Assembly: GCA_918797485.1 (NCBI GenBank)
Contig: CAKKNE010000004.1
Location: forward strand, 4,526,001-4,590,000
DNA from: Pelagomonas calceolata
Taxonomy: Eukaryota
Length of the DNA stretch: 64,000 bases
Direction: 5' to 3'
Below, piece after piece: positions 31,901 through 44,013 of this stretch. The notes beneath the pieces were generated by a model. That model was not told the origin of the DNA and made no database searches. It saw nothing but the letters and a program-made list of their open reading frames with translations. Numbering within the stretch: position 1 is the stretch's first letter; each line of letters starts with the position of its first letter. The position numbers and the translations under genes were made by a program.

Positions 31901-34900
31901 CCACTTCGCCTTCGTCGCGGCGTCGGACTTGATGTTCTCGAACGTCGTATTCAATAACAGCGCTGATTTGGTCGCCGCGTCGATGCCCTGCACGAGGCCC
32001 GCCGCGCTCGGCGCGTGCTTCTGGAGCCAGGTCAGCTCTTTGCTCAGCGTTTCGATTTCTTCCAAGCGTTTCCGGCGTTCCTCTCTCAATACCCTTAAAC
32101 CCTTCAGCAGGTCGACGCGTTCTTGAGAACGAGACGCGAAGAGGCGGCACCAGTGCGCGAACTCCACTTCTAGAGTTCTTACTTGCGTGTAGAGGGCCTT
32201 GCGCCTGTGTGGACGTCGACGGCGTCGGAGCGCGTCGTCCCACGCCATCGACGCGACGCGTTCCTCGCTGTCTCGGCACCGATGTCTTCAGCTCAAACTC
32301 GGACACGACCGCCGAGCGCCCCACGCGACCGTATTGAGAGCGTAACACCTCCCCCAAACCCCGACACACCGCAAATTGAAGTACAACTTGAAGACACGGC
32401 CCGCGACTGCTCGTCCGTCATCTCCATGCGCTCGTCGTCGATCTGCAGCTCCTGGTTGCACCGCTCCGTCTCGCCTTCACAACGACTGGACTCGACCTCG
32501 GCCTCGTCCATCAAGCCTTGCACTACGAGCACTTTCCGCTCGCCGAGGCGCATCGACGTCCAGAGATCGTCGGTCGCGACCCTACAAACTTTCAACCTCT
32601 CTTGGATCTCCACACCGCGCTTGTGTTGTGCATCTAATTCCGCATTCGCCGTCCGCACGGCGTGGGCTTCGACGGTAATACTGTATTTAGTTGCTGAAGC
32701 TGCACCTAACACGACGTTGTAGACTCCACTTTTCAGAGGCTTTTCACTCGGATCATGCACGAGCACGGTCTTGCCGAAGGTCGTGCCCGTGTTCAACTGT
32801 TGCGAGGAGTAGGGCGCATACCCGATAGGTATCGGTGGCGATAATTGGCCCTTCGTAGGTAGGCGAAACAACGTAGCGGCAATCCTTCCGAGTCGATAGC
32901 CTCTTGCTGTAAAAACTCCCCTGTAAACAACAGTTATGGTAAGTGATAGGAACTTCCTATCCGTTTCCTCGGGTACGACGAACCGATGCGTCCGCGATTC
33001 TCGCGTTTCGAGACTTTCATTTTCATCTAACAACGACGCGCGTTTGCCCTCGTATTCAAATAAGACAGCTTGGGGGTCTTTCGGCTTCGGTCTTAGTTCG
33101 TTCAACTTTTCTACACTCTCTACAACAGTCACTGGTGGTTTGGCAATGGTCACCGTCGACTCATCGTCGTCAGAGCCAAAGCGCTCCGCTCGAGCTATAG
33201 CTACATTCTGTAGCGGATCACCACCAACAAGACCATCTTCGAGCGTCCCGTCATCATCAAAACTACCTCGAGACCGTCGCGATTCCAGCGAACTTTCCTC
33301 GGGAAAGTCCGTTAAATCGCGCTGTTTCCTATCATATCTATCTTGGGCGATCCTATTGAACTGCTTGTCGAGCTGTTTCTGCGCGCCTTTCCTGCGCCGC
33401 CCGTGCGTGTCGACCCGACCGTCGACGTAAAACTCCTCGAGTAGCAATCTAACTTCTTCGTCCGGCTCGAACGCCAGCGGTGGCACGGCGTCGACCAACT
33501 CTAGTAACGTTTCTCTAGTGTGTGCTTCGCCGTTGATGCGGTAGGGGAACCACTTCGTCGCGAAATGTAACTCGACGTCCGTGGCGCCCTGCTCGTACAT
33601 TTTACGCTGTGCGACATATTCATCTCCCTGGTTCAGGCCTACGGTAGCGTCCATTCCAGCTGAAGAATGGGCCTCTTCGAGCAGCTCCAAGGCCCGCGCG
33701 TCGTCGTCCGCATCCTTATCACTGGCTTGGGGCGCGAAATTCAACTCAGGATGTAACAATCTGTCAAGTACTAAGTAGCGGGCCTCGTCCTCACTCAGCT
33801 CGATCGCCTGCATCGACCGTAGCCGTGCCAGACGCCTCTCCCTTAGTACAATGTCGAGCAATGCCGCAGTTTTTTGTTGTGCCCCAAAGGATCTGTTCGA
33901 TGGTGTTTGCGTCGACTCGCGTCGCAGCGGGTCCTCGTGGTCCACAGACGTAACTCTACGTTGATGCAAACCGCCCTCCAACACGCGCCCCGTCTTATCT
34001 AAGCTTCTAAAGTGCGCCTCCCCCTCTTCGTGGGTATACATGCACAGCAGTCGGTGAGCTTCGATCTCCTGGTCAGAAAAAAGAAACGGTAAGGCTAACT
34101 GCAACACCCTCGGTAGCGCCAGGATCCGCTCGATGTCCTCGGGCGGCAGCGTCGGCGCGTAGTCCGCATCGTACTTCATCTCCTCGGCCTCCTGCTCGGA
34201 CACGTGGCCGTACGCGATCGGATTAATCAGCACATCTAAAGCAACCCATTTTTTTTCATCTTTCGAACGTTCTGCTGGTTTCATATGCCTCACACGCATC
34301 GCCACACAATCACCTTGCCCTGTTTTGTTGGCCTTGTTCTGCAAATTCTCCTCTGCTGCCCTTTCTTCGTCGAGCTTTGCGGCGCGTTCCTGCTCCTGGA
34401 TCATATCTTTTAATTCCTGCATGACGGATCTTCCGGTCGCTTCCTTGTGGGCGTCCACCACCGCATTCATGACGTCCTCGACGGTCGCGGCCTCGCCGTC
34501 CAAGGCCCTCAGATCTCTATTGGAAGCTCGCAGATCTCGCTCCGACTGTTTTAACGTGCGATCGAGATCCCTGACACGTCGCTCCAACGCCAACTGTTCC
34601 TTATTGAGCGAATGCTTCAGATCTTTCGTGGCCATGCGCTGCAGGACGCCGGGGTTCCACAGATCCGAATTCACGAACTCGGCCGTGTGACCCTTGACCC
34701 TTCCAATTTCGATGTCGACTTTGGCCAAGCGATCCTTCGCTTGCTTGATGGTCTTGCGCTGCTCCACGGCGTTTCTCTCCTTTTCCGTTTTCTCCAGGCG
34801 CTTCTGGCCCCTTCTTGTTCGTAACATCCGGCCCAGTCGATCCAAAGCCGCCACTAAGATTTGCGCGGCCTGCTCCTTCTTCTCTACCACTACCTTCAAG

Positions 34901-37900
34901 GCTTGGGCGATGCGATTCGCCAGTCGCAACTTCCTCTCGCGACTGGCGAGCACATCACTTGTAGACTGATACTCAGCTACCTTGAGCTCGTGGGCGCGGC
35001 GCATCTCGTCTATTTCGGTCTGTTTCGGCGCCAGTGCGCCTTTCAGGCCCCGATTCGACTCTAGCAATCGCAGCGTTCTCTGCAGTTTTCGCGCCTCGTG
35101 GTCCGCCCGCTCCGCGGACTTACTAAATTGTTTGACCACGTCTTCGAGCTGTAGACACTGTTGCAAGGCCAACACTAACCGAGAACGAGCCTCAAACAAA
35201 TCTTGCGTCATGCGCATGGCGCTTTCGCGGATCTCCCGCATCGGCGGGCACCGCGAGTCCTTTTTCGCGGTCGAACCTCTTACAAACCGATCCAGACCAC
35301 CGCTCAAATACCCGCCAGAAGCCTCCCCATCGAGTTTCACACATTCGACGAGCATTTGTTCCTCCTCCTGCCGCTCCCGTTCCCGCCGTTCCATTTTGAG
35401 TGAAGTGCGAACCACGCCCTGCTCGTGTCTCAGCTTCACGGCTTCCTCCTCGTCGCGCTGCTCCAGGATGTAGTCCGCCTTGTCTAACGCGCGATCGGCG
35501 CCCTCCAAGTATACAGCTAAGCGATGCTCGTCCTTCCGCACCTCGCGGCTCCGAAAGTCCTCGTACCGCATCGAAAAACGTTCTTCCCGTTCCGCGGTCT
35601 TGATGTTCTCGGCCGCTTCGGCTTTCCGTAAGGCCGCCAGTCGCCGCTTCTCGGCGCGCTTCCGACGCTTCTCGCTCGAACCTTTGTTGGCTCGTCTCCG
35701 CCGTTTTTTCTTCTCGACGCCCTGCGAGTCGACGGTCATTTCATCTTCACTTAGTGCGTCGGAATCGACGTACTCCTCGTCCGAACTACTGGACGACGAC
35801 TCAACAGGTTGGGCCGTCGAGACGCGCGAATCCTCGGCATCCAAAGCCGCGGCCATGGACTTCTCCAATTCTTCGCGCTCTCGAGCTCGCCGTAAGGCGG
35901 CCACGACCTCCTGGTCCTGCGCGGCGGGCGCCGGCGCCGACGCGTAGCTCAGGAAGGACTTTGGCGGGTCGTCAAGGGAGACTACGGTAGTCTCCTCTTC
36001 TTCGTCGACGGACGCCCTGAGGACGTCAAAGACCGTCGTCGCGATGATTTTCCGGTTCTCCTGGTTCATCTCGTGGCCGCAGTCCACTTCCTCGTAAGAG
36101 TAGATGGTGCCTCCCGTCCTGACGGCAGACGCCGCCGACGGAGCCCGGTCGACGCGCGCCTTCTCTAAGGCATTGACCGCTAGATCACTATCGACAAAGG
36201 TTGAGTGAGACGACTGTAACAGCACGAGAGGCACGACAATACGGTTTAACACAGGTCGCACATCGTCGTGATCTAGGATGCCTCGCAGCTGCGCCATGGC
36301 GCCCTGGGGGCCCGTCTCCTTGGCCGGTCTTCTTGCTGATTTTATGAGTTCCTCAGGAGCCTCGCCGACGATGACGAATTTGCGCGCCTGCCAGAACTCT
36401 TTGCAGACCTTCTCGCGACCGTGCTCATTTATAAACTCTGGGGAGAGGTGCATAGACTCGATAGCCATGACGCGTTCCGCCTTCACGGCCGACGCGAGCA
36501 CGCGATGGAGGGTCTTGGCCTTCTTCTTGAGGCCGTTCGCGCTGAAATAAGCATTGACCAGAATCATCGCTACAGTACTTGACTTCACATCTGCCAGGGC
36601 TTGGGCCCGTTCCGTCAAATGACGAGAAGCGAACTTCGCCAAGCAACACGCGCCGTTCCCAAAGCCCAGGAAAATAATTCGCAGGTCCTTGTCTCGCGGG
36701 AGGCGGTCGCGGTTCTTCAGATGCACGAGCAACTGTTCCACACAAGTCGCTTGTAACGAATTGTTCACATTCCCCAACTTTCTAGCACCGAATCTCCCAG
36801 CGGGCCAGACCGTATGCGGCAAGCCGGGCGTACCCACTAACAGAGCGTCGCCGACCGCGTCGGGTCTTGACAGCAACGGTCGTAAATCTCGCTGCAACGC
36901 GTCGAGCGTCATGAAGATGTCCGGAGCTACGACCAGTAAAAAGCGCATCGGTTTATTCGTCACGCTGGGAAGATTTTTGGGCCTATTATTTCGATCCATG
37001 ATCGCTTCGGAGTCAATTAATGCTTTCGCCTGCTCTAGATACGTAGCCGTGCCCAGATTTGAGGGAGCTGGGTGCTTCGCTCCCACCAAGTACCTGTAGG
37101 TACACACGACGCCCTGTTGCACGTGGTAGAACTCGTCCTCGTTACTTAACATGTCTGGTAAAGGGAATACTGATTCAGCTAACGCCGACTTCTTCGTCTG
37201 CTCGTCCTCGGAGGAATCTTCGTCTTCTTCGGACTCATCCACACTCTCGTCGTCGGGCGCGGGGGCCGGGCCCTCGACCTGGGGACCGCGCTTCTCGAGG
37301 CGTCGTTGCTCCTCGGCCAGCCGCACCTCCTCCTCCTCGCGCTCTTCCGCTAATCGTTTCCGTCGTCGTTTCGCCGCGTTCCGCAATTCCGCCAGAGCTT
37401 TCCGCGACTGGTTCCTCGTATCCGGGAGAGAGAGGAAGTCGCCGCCCCAGCGCTCCCTTATCTCCTTCTTCGAGAGGGCTAGTGGTGCTCGCTTCCTTGT
37501 CTTCAGTTCCGACTCACTATCCGACAGCTCTTGTTTCGCCTGAGAACGGGCCATATAACCAGTAGTCATCGGCGCTTGTACTGGAGGGTTTAGTAACCTT
37601 TTGGTCCGCTCCCGCTGGAGAGCGACGTCCTCGGCAGTTTGGACAGATCGCAAACCTTCTGAAACCTCTTGCTGATGCGTCGCCCGCAGATCTTCCCGCT
37701 CCGCGCGACTCGGTTCCTTGCGCGGCCGCGGGCCGTCCGTACTGAATCTATGTAAATCTTGCACGGAGAAGCCTCGTATCGAAGAACCAGATAGGTCCTC
37801 CTGGAGTAAGGCTGCCGCGTCGTCCGAGATCTTCGTTCCTAGTAAGTCTAATCCAGTGATCAATCCAGCCACGTCGACTCTTCCTAACCCTTGGGGATCG

Positions 37901-38925
37901 AAGTGCTTGAACGAGGCCCGACTGTCGACGCCTCTTTTAGCTGCCAGTGCGAGCAATCTCATCAATTCCTTTCCTGCATTTTTAGCTTCTTCCCTCGTCG
38001 CCTCGTGCGCCTCGAACGCTTCGGCGTCGACGCGCGCGGGCGCTCGGTTCACGAAGCGGATGTGGCAGACGGGGCACCGCACCAACCACAACGTGCCTCG
38101 TCCATCAACGGAGGCTTCGACGTCCAGCGCGTCGACCTCCAACCCCAAATCTTCGACCGTCGCTTGACCGATGTCCTCGTCGTCGAGCTCCGTCAGTCGG
38201 GACTTGGCCGGAGCATAAGTCGACTCGGCGAATTTTGCGAGCGCTCGTGCGAGGTGGGCGAGGTCGTCCCGCGACGCGTGCTCGGGCTGGCCCGCGGCCA
38301 AGGCTGCCGCCGCTCGTGCCGCGGCTTCGGCTCTCGGGGCGAGCGATTGTTTCGCATTCCTCCTGAATGATCCGGAGGCGGTCCGTCGCGCCGTGACCTT
38401 CGACTGCAAGGAGGCGACTTGGATGCGCCAGCGCGCGTGCGAACCGAGGTACAAGAGCTGCTTCACATTTAAATCTTCCCTAACACCATCGTAGTACTCG
38501 GCGACGCACACGGCCGGGGCGCTTTCGTCCTCCATATGCAGCTCCGTGGTGCCCCCTCCCCTCCTCCAGGCCTCGGTAAATTTCTGAGCGAACATCTTGA
38601 TGCGCTCCGACGCGAAGAACTCGTCTCTCACGTCGTTCGGGACGCTCATGGACCCGCGCACGGCCTTCAGGGCCGGGGGTTCTAAGTCCCTCCTTATCAG
38701 ATAGCCGTCGTCATCTGTTCCTAACCATTTCGTGGGCGTGCCGTCCTCGAAGAGCACCGTTTCTGGCACACTCAAGTGGAGTCGCGGGCTCCGCCGGAGT
38801 CCCGTCCACAACGTGGAAAACAGCCAGGACCAGTGCTTCTCCTGCTGCTGGCCGCGGGCCTTGTTGAGGCGGGCCTCCTCCCTCGCTTTGTCCTTGGCCG
38901 CTTTGAGCTCCGCGGCGCTGAACAT
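28936..38925 (-). CDS. Giant (~3211 aa) protein with EF-hand-like, alpha/beta-hydrolase-like, long coiled-coil and C-terminal IQ regions; exons 38925-32408, 32204-30161, 30009-28936
   Basis: Three ORFs joined in frame by GT-AG introns (sum 9636 nt); FKHFDPQGLGRVD, FLGFGNGA, LQAFYRGHLGR, IERVFRGYMGR. Confidence 0.8.
30010..30160 (-). other. Intron (151 nt) with core-motif copies but no clear TIR pair
   Basis: GTGAGT donor, CACACGCAG acceptor, phase 0. Confidence 0.85.
32205..32399 (-). mobile_element. Decayed introner element; intron 32205-32407
   Basis: CCGTGT begins exactly 8 nt after the GT donor; ends TCCACACAG; core CACGCCATCGACGCGAC at 32241; TSD eroded (3/8). Confidence 0.65.
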
Positions 38926-39202
38926 GGCTACCGGTGGCCCAGACCAGTGGTGCTCTTGTGTCTGTCAGGCGCGTCCAAATGGCTGCCCGGCGGCGCGCGG
39001 CGGGCCGGGTCCTATGCGTTTTCGATTTCTGCGCAGCCAGCGGCGCCCGCGCGGCTGCCTACCAGGCGCTTTTTGTGCAGCGCCGAGCGGCTGCCAAGGC
39101 TTTGTTTTGCAAATCGCACTAGCCTGGTGCCCGTTGTTCTTCGCGGAGACGTCTATTAGTCGTCGAAACCGTGTGTTGCGGTGTGCGACGCGTCCCTTCG
39201 AG

Positions 39203-39224
39203 CTAGCGGCCAGTAAGACACTAG
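39203..39224 (+). promoter_or_regulatory. CTAG-box motif copy (CTAGCGGCCAGTAAGACACTAG)
   Basis: Divergent intergenic region. Confidence 0.75.
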
Positions 39225-39280
39225 CAATACAATAGCAAGCCAGGTCCAAACGAGACGGGCCCATTTTGTGACTGTTACGC

Positions 39281-40456
39281 ATGGTTGCCACGCGCACACG
39301 ACCCTGGGGAGCGGCCGCGCCAGTGCCGCCAGCATCCGTGCGGCGCGCAATCCAGTCGGACGACGTGCTGCTGTGTGTGGTCTCACAGCTCGATGTGCGT
39401 GAAGGATGCATACGCAGCGTGGCGTCAGTCAACAAGGCGTGGCGCAACGCGTGGCGGCGAAGGTGCTCGGGCCGGTGCCGACTGCTGCGCGCGGGCATCG
39501 GTGAATTTCAGTACGCGAAGCAGGTTTCGGCGCTACCTGGCGGCGGCGCTATCGTCCCGGATTACGGTCATTTTCGACTCGAAGCATATTCGCCAGATGG
39601 TGACTCGCAAGGCATCTACTGCGAGAATTTTGAAACGCCGGGGGCGATAGCGCTTCTCGGAGACGGTACGGCGTGGATGTTGGCGAGGGACAGAGCCCGT
39701 GTCTGTCGCGTACGGTGGCAGGACGAAATAGGAGCCGAACCGGCTCAATTTAGGTGGCCGCATCTCAACCAGGGAGGAGATTTTGGGGACCCATACAGAA
39801 GAACCTTGCAGCACGTCGACTTTGGTGCGTTGTTCGCGTCGGAAGAACTGAGCGGCTACTTGCATCCTTATGATCTTGCGGTTTCTGGTGATAGGCTGCT
39901 TGTGCTGTGTAGTGGGTTCACGTGTGCGCGAATCTGCGTGTTCGACAGTCAGACCGGCGCGTTTCTCTATCACATCGGTCGGGGGAGAAGCGCCGGAGAG
40001 GCTGATGCGCTAAGCAACCCAAAGGCCCTTACGGCGCATCAAGACCTGTGCTTCGTTGCAGATACCTACAACCACGTGATCAAGATTTTCAATTTTCGCC
40101 AACGGGTGCTCGTGAGGACAATCGGTAGCGCTGCCGCCAGCGATCTGCCCTGCGAATTCGATGAGCCCGCCGGCGTCGCCTTTCGCGACGGACGTCTTTA
40201 TGTCAGCGAATGGGACGGCCAGCGGATTCAAATCCTGCGGTTTGCCAACGGTATCCACGGGGCGGTGGAGTGTTTGCAGATTATTCCGTCGCCCAACGGG
40301 CTGGAGCTCGCCGGCCTGTGCTTGAGCGGCGACCGCTTGTGGTGCATGGGGGGTAATGGTGGGTCCGTACGGTGGGTCCCGTCTCTTGTCGCTGGTGTCA
40401 ATGGAACCGTGTGGACCTCGAATTCCTGCATCCACCTCTTCACGGCCTGTGCCTAG
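39281..40456 (+). CDS. F-box-like + NHL-repeat beta-propeller protein
   Basis: DDVLLCVVSQL...ASVNKAWR; LSNPKAL..FVADTYNHVIKIF; FDEPAGV..LYVSEWDGQRIQIL. Confidence 0.75.
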   Translation: MVATRTRPWGAAAPVPPASVRRAIQSDDVLLCVVSQLDVREGCIRSVASVNKAWRNAWRRRCSGRCRLLRAGIGEFQYAKQVSALPGGGAIVPDYGHFRLEAYSPDGDSQGIYCENFETPGAIALLGDGTAWMLARDRARVCRVRWQDEIGAEPAQFRWPHLNQGGDFGDPYRRTLQHVDFGALFASEELSGYLHPYDLAVSGDRLLVLCSGFTCARICVFDSQTGAFLYHIGRGRSAGEADALSNPKALTAHQDLCFVADTYNHVIKIFNFRQRVLVRTIGSAAASDLPCEFDEPAGVAFRDGRLYVSEWDGQRIQILRFANGIHGAVECLQIIPSPNGLELAGLCLSGDRLWCMGGNGGSVRWVPSLVAGVNGTVWTSNSCIHLFTACA

Positions 40457-40525
40457 CCATTCGAGTAAGTATATAACCTAGTAAATGGGAAATTTACCCG
40501 ATAAACACGCCGTCGCCGCGAGCCC

Positions 40526-41497
40526 TCAGCTCGACGCCATCCCGCGCCCCTTGTCGTTCTGCTTGTAGTCGGGCAGGAACGGCGCGACCACAGCAATCAA
40601 ATGCGCGAGAGCGTTGTAGGGCAACAACGACACGCCCAGGCGCATCCCAATCGCCGTCCCACCAACATCCCGCAGCACACATCTTCCGACCGAAGCAAAA
40701 ATATCTCCCGGCAGTTCGGACGGCGCCACGGCCACTTTTTTAAAGGACTCCATCGAGTCGATCTTGTGCTCCACTTTATTGTAGAAGTGCGACGCGACCG
40801 GTGAAGGATGGACCACACAAACATCAATGCCCTTGCACTGCAATTCCACCGCGATCGACGCGGCGAACTGCGACATGAACGCTTTTGTGGCACCATATAT
40901 AATAGCGAAGGGGTTCGGGATGTAGGCCGAGGCGCTCGAGGTAAATACAATGCATCCTTTTTTGTTGTTCTTGACCATGAGCGAGGCGAAATGATGGGTA
41001 ATAGCTACGGCTGCCGTAGCGTTGCACTCCATGTTCACCAGATGCTTGCCGAGGGGCTGGGAGTCGAAGAAACCCGTGACAATAAATCCCGCGTTGTTGA
41101 AGACCAGTTGAATGTCTTTTCCGGCGGTCGCTTGCTTGATCTTGTCCAGATAATCGCCGCCCGGGGCAAAGCTACATGCGACGCCCACGAACTGTTGGGA
41201 GGCGTACCTCGTCTGCAGTTCCTTGATGGCCGGGGTTAATTCAGGTTCTAAACCTTGGACGACCACATTTAAACCCTGCTGGGCCAGCGCCTCGGCGATG
41301 GCTCTCCCTATTCCCGTCGAGCCGCCGGTCACGAGGGCCCACTCCGCACCATACTTCTTCTTGAGGTCCTGCGTGCCTCGCAACCGAATGTATAACAGGG
41401 GGAGGACGTAGGCGGCGAGCCAGAGGCAGGTCGGCGCCGCGAGCAGCATGTAGAGCCATTTGGGCAGTGACGCCAGTGCGGAGAGGAGGAAGACCAT
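40526..41497 (-). CDS. Short-chain dehydrogenase/reductase, KCR/17-beta-HSD12-like
   Basis: N-terminal TM, KKYGAEWALVTGGSTGIG, NNAG, YGATK. Confidence 0.88.
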   Translation of the reverse strand: MVFLLSALASLPKWLYMLLAAPTCLWLAAYVLPLLYIRLRGTQDLKKKYGAEWALVTGGSTGIGRAIAEALAQQGLNVVVQGLEPELTPAIKELQTRYASQQFVGVACSFAPGGDYLDKIKQATAGKDIQLVFNNAGFIVTGFFDSQPLGKHLVNMECNATAAVAITHHFASLMVKNNKKGCIVFTSSASAYIPNPFAIIYGATKAFMSQFAASIAVELQCKGIDVCVVHPSPVASHFYNKVEHKIDSMESFKKVAVAPSELPGDIFASVGRCVLRDVGGTAIGMRLGVSLLPYNALAHLIAVVAPFLPDYKQNDKGRGMASS

Positions 41498-41589
41498 GGT
41501 TGCCGCTGCGTCGTTGATGCTTTTAGAGCAACCACTGTCGCCGCGCGGCTCGCGTGATATCCAGCAGACGCGCGACGCAGCAGGATTAG

Positions 41590-41611
41590 CTAGCGTCGAG
41601 AGACACACTTG
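41590..41611 (+). promoter_or_regulatory. CTAG-box motif, degenerate copy (CTAGCGTCGAGAGACACACTTG)
   Basis: Divergent intergenic region; same spacing. Confidence 0.45.
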
Positions 41612-41794
41612 GACTCCTGCAAAATCGGCAAAATATTGTTCCTTCGCGGCGATCGACGCGCTACTCACAGTGGAGGAACACACATCGATACCCAGAACGT
41701 GATCCCGCAGCCGCAACCGAACCACAAACGCCGGCACCGCTCACAAACAGCACCCACCAGGAGACTGCTGCGCAGCAGTTTGCAAGCGCAAAAA

Positions 41795-43999
41795 ATGGAG
41801 AAGAAGGAAAGCGACCTTCACGACCACCACCGCTCCGGCTGGCACACGATGTATCAGAGTAGACAGGCGGTGCCGCAGCATTTCAACAAGCCGCAGCCGC
41901 CGCCCCCGAGAGAAGACCCGCCGACGCCGCCTCCCTCACCACCGAGAAGGACGCGCGACGACGATGTTGACGAGTTCATGAGCTTTACGGGCGTCACCGA
42001 CCGCGCCTTGGCCGCACGCCTCGTCGAGGACGCCTTCGCGCAAGGCAAGTCATTAAGGCAGGCCATCCGCGAGTACCTCGAGAGTTTAGATCAAATGAAG
42101 AAGGACCGGAGAGATGCTGTGATTGCCGAGTTGGTCGGGATGGGTTTTGACGCTGATTTGGCAGGTCGCGCATTCGACGCGTGCGGTGACGACGTTCCGA
42201 GATGCGCCGCGTGGTGCAAGGCGCGGCGCGACGCGGTGATCGCCGAATTAGTAGGCATGGGCTTCTCCACGGACTTAGCGGGGCGCGCCTTCGATATTCA
42301 TGGAGACAATATTGAACAGTGCGCGGCCTGGTGCCTGGCCCAGCGACCGCCTGTACCGCAAGCGTCCGACGCCGACTTCGCGCTGTTCGGTTCCATGAAA
42401 GCGCCGGCGCCCGCGCCGCCGCCGCGACCTCCAAGACCACCGCCGCGGCCCGCACCCGTAACCACGGCGCCGCCACCCGCAAAGAAGCCGGAGGCGCCCT
42501 GGTCCGACCTGCCGCCCGCGATCGTGGCCGGCACGAACCCCTACGGCCACGCGCCTCTCAAGATCATTAGTACGCCTGCGGCTGGTGTTGCGGATGGCGC
42601 CTTCGAAGCCCAGAAAGCAAGGAATGCCGCAGGCTTAGTACAGAAGGCCGGAGCCTTGTCCAAGTTGTCCTCGGGCGGCCTCATCGGCAAGAAGGCCGTC
42701 CGCTGGCAGGGCCGCCACTTCTCGTTAGGTCATAGGTCGTTGGCCTACGGCGAGACGCCGGGCGAAGGGCTCTGGGAGGCGAAAAAAAAATTTAACATCT
42801 GGGGCTCGTACGTCGTCCCGGAAGCGGCGGATCGAGCTGCCGGGCGGCAGCACGCTATTGCGGTGTATCGCGGCGACGAGGACGTCATCGCGGGGCCTCG
42901 ATCCGGTGCGGATAAAAGAAGAAGTGCGGCGGCTCTATCAGACAGAGACGCGACGGCGCGGGACCAGATTTTGCTCGTTGCGGCGGATTCTGATCTGGAA
43001 GCGCGCCAGTGGACTTTGAGTCTGATGGCCGCGGCTGGCAGAAGGGGCGTTGGGATCGTGATAGGCGAGGACGCTTCTCACATAGATCTTAGGGCGATAC
43101 TGGCCGAGCCGTTAGGCCTCGAGGCGGTCTCAGCGGACCATCGTCCATTGATAGCAACTATCGAAAAGAACGGCGCGGCCCACGCCGCCGGGCTGCGAGC
43201 GGGCGACGAGCTCGTGCAAATTAACGGCGTCAACGTGCCGCCGGCCGACGCGCCTACTTTGAATAAGATCTTACAGGCGTCGGCGAAGCCCCTCGACTTG
43301 CGATTGAGACGGTGCACGTCGCAGATCAACCAACGGACGCGGCGCGACCTCGCGCGAAACGCGCTGCGGTCCGTCGCGTCGATCGTCCAATCGCGAGACG
43401 CGCTCCACAAGCAGTCGCTCGAGGTCGGCGCGGCTTTACGGGCGGACCAGCAAGCTAGGAGTGATGCAGCGCAACGCCAGGCCGAGGAAGCTTCTAGGTT
43501 GGAGGCGGCGCGTCGGGCTTCTCTGGCGGACGAGGCGCAGCGGTCCGCGCGCGTCTCTCGTAATGATGCGGTGGACGCGGCCGTCACGGACGCATTATCT
43601 GCGGCGCGCAAGGCCGAGGAGGCCGACGCAGTCTTTGATCCAGGAAAGGCCGCCTCTCTGAAAGCGGAGGCGCGCGGGATGCTTGATAGGGCCGCGCCGA
43701 TGTTGAGGTCCGAAGAGGCTAGGCAACGCCTCGCCGCGGCGGCCCCCGGTTTGGACCTCGCCGCTTTGTATGATCGGTTGGTTGGGCCCGCGCCATCGAC
43801 GCGCACGGCCGTGGCGACGCACGCCTGGGAGGCCGCGGAGCCGTGGCAGGTGGCGTTGGCCGCGGGCGCGCGCGTCGCCGTCACCAAAACGCTCGAGGAC
43901 GGCTGGTCCGAGGTGAAGCGCCTCGACGACGGCGCCTCGGGTTTGGTGCCTACCGGGTATCTGGAATTTGAGGCGGTGTCGGCGAACGCGCGCGTGTAA
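41795..43999 (+). CDS. Adaptor protein: UBA-like/UBA x2, Pro-rich, PH, PDZ, SH3
   Basis: AELVGMGF twice; KAGALSK...WQGRHF...ARQW (PH); GAAHAAGLRAGDELVQING (PDZ); DGWSEV...SGLVPTGYL (SH3). Confidence 0.85.
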   Translation: MEKKESDLHDHHRSGWHTMYQSRQAVPQHFNKPQPPPPREDPPTPPPSPPRRTRDDDVDEFMSFTGVTDRALAARLVEDAFAQGKSLRQAIREYLESLDQMKKDRRDAVIAELVGMGFDADLAGRAFDACGDDVPRCAAWCKARRDAVIAELVGMGFSTDLAGRAFDIHGDNIEQCAAWCLAQRPPVPQASDADFALFGSMKAPAPAPPPRPPRPPPRPAPVTTAPPPAKKPEAPWSDLPPAIVAGTNPYGHAPLKIISTPAAGVADGAFEAQKARNAAGLVQKAGALSKLSSGGLIGKKAVRWQGRHFSLGHRSLAYGETPGEGLWEAKKKFNIWGSYVVPEAADRAAGRQHAIAVYRGDEDVIAGPRSGADKRRSAAALSDRDATARDQILLVAADSDLEARQWTLSLMAAAGRRGVGIVIGEDASHIDLRAILAEPLGLEAVSADHRPLIATIEKNGAAHAAGLRAGDELVQINGVNVPPADAPTLNKILQASAKPLDLRLRRCTSQINQRTRRDLARNALRSVASIVQSRDALHKQSLEVGAALRADQQARSDAAQRQAEEASRLEAARRASLADEAQRSARVSRNDAVDAAVTDALSAARKAEEADAVFDPGKAASLKAEARGMLDRAAPMLRSEEARQRLAAAAPGLDLAALYDRLVGPAPSTRTAVATHAWEAAEPWQVALAAGARVAVTKTLEDGWSEVKRLDDGASGLVPTGYLEFEAVSANARV

Positions 44000-44013
44000 T
44001 ATGCTATTGTATC

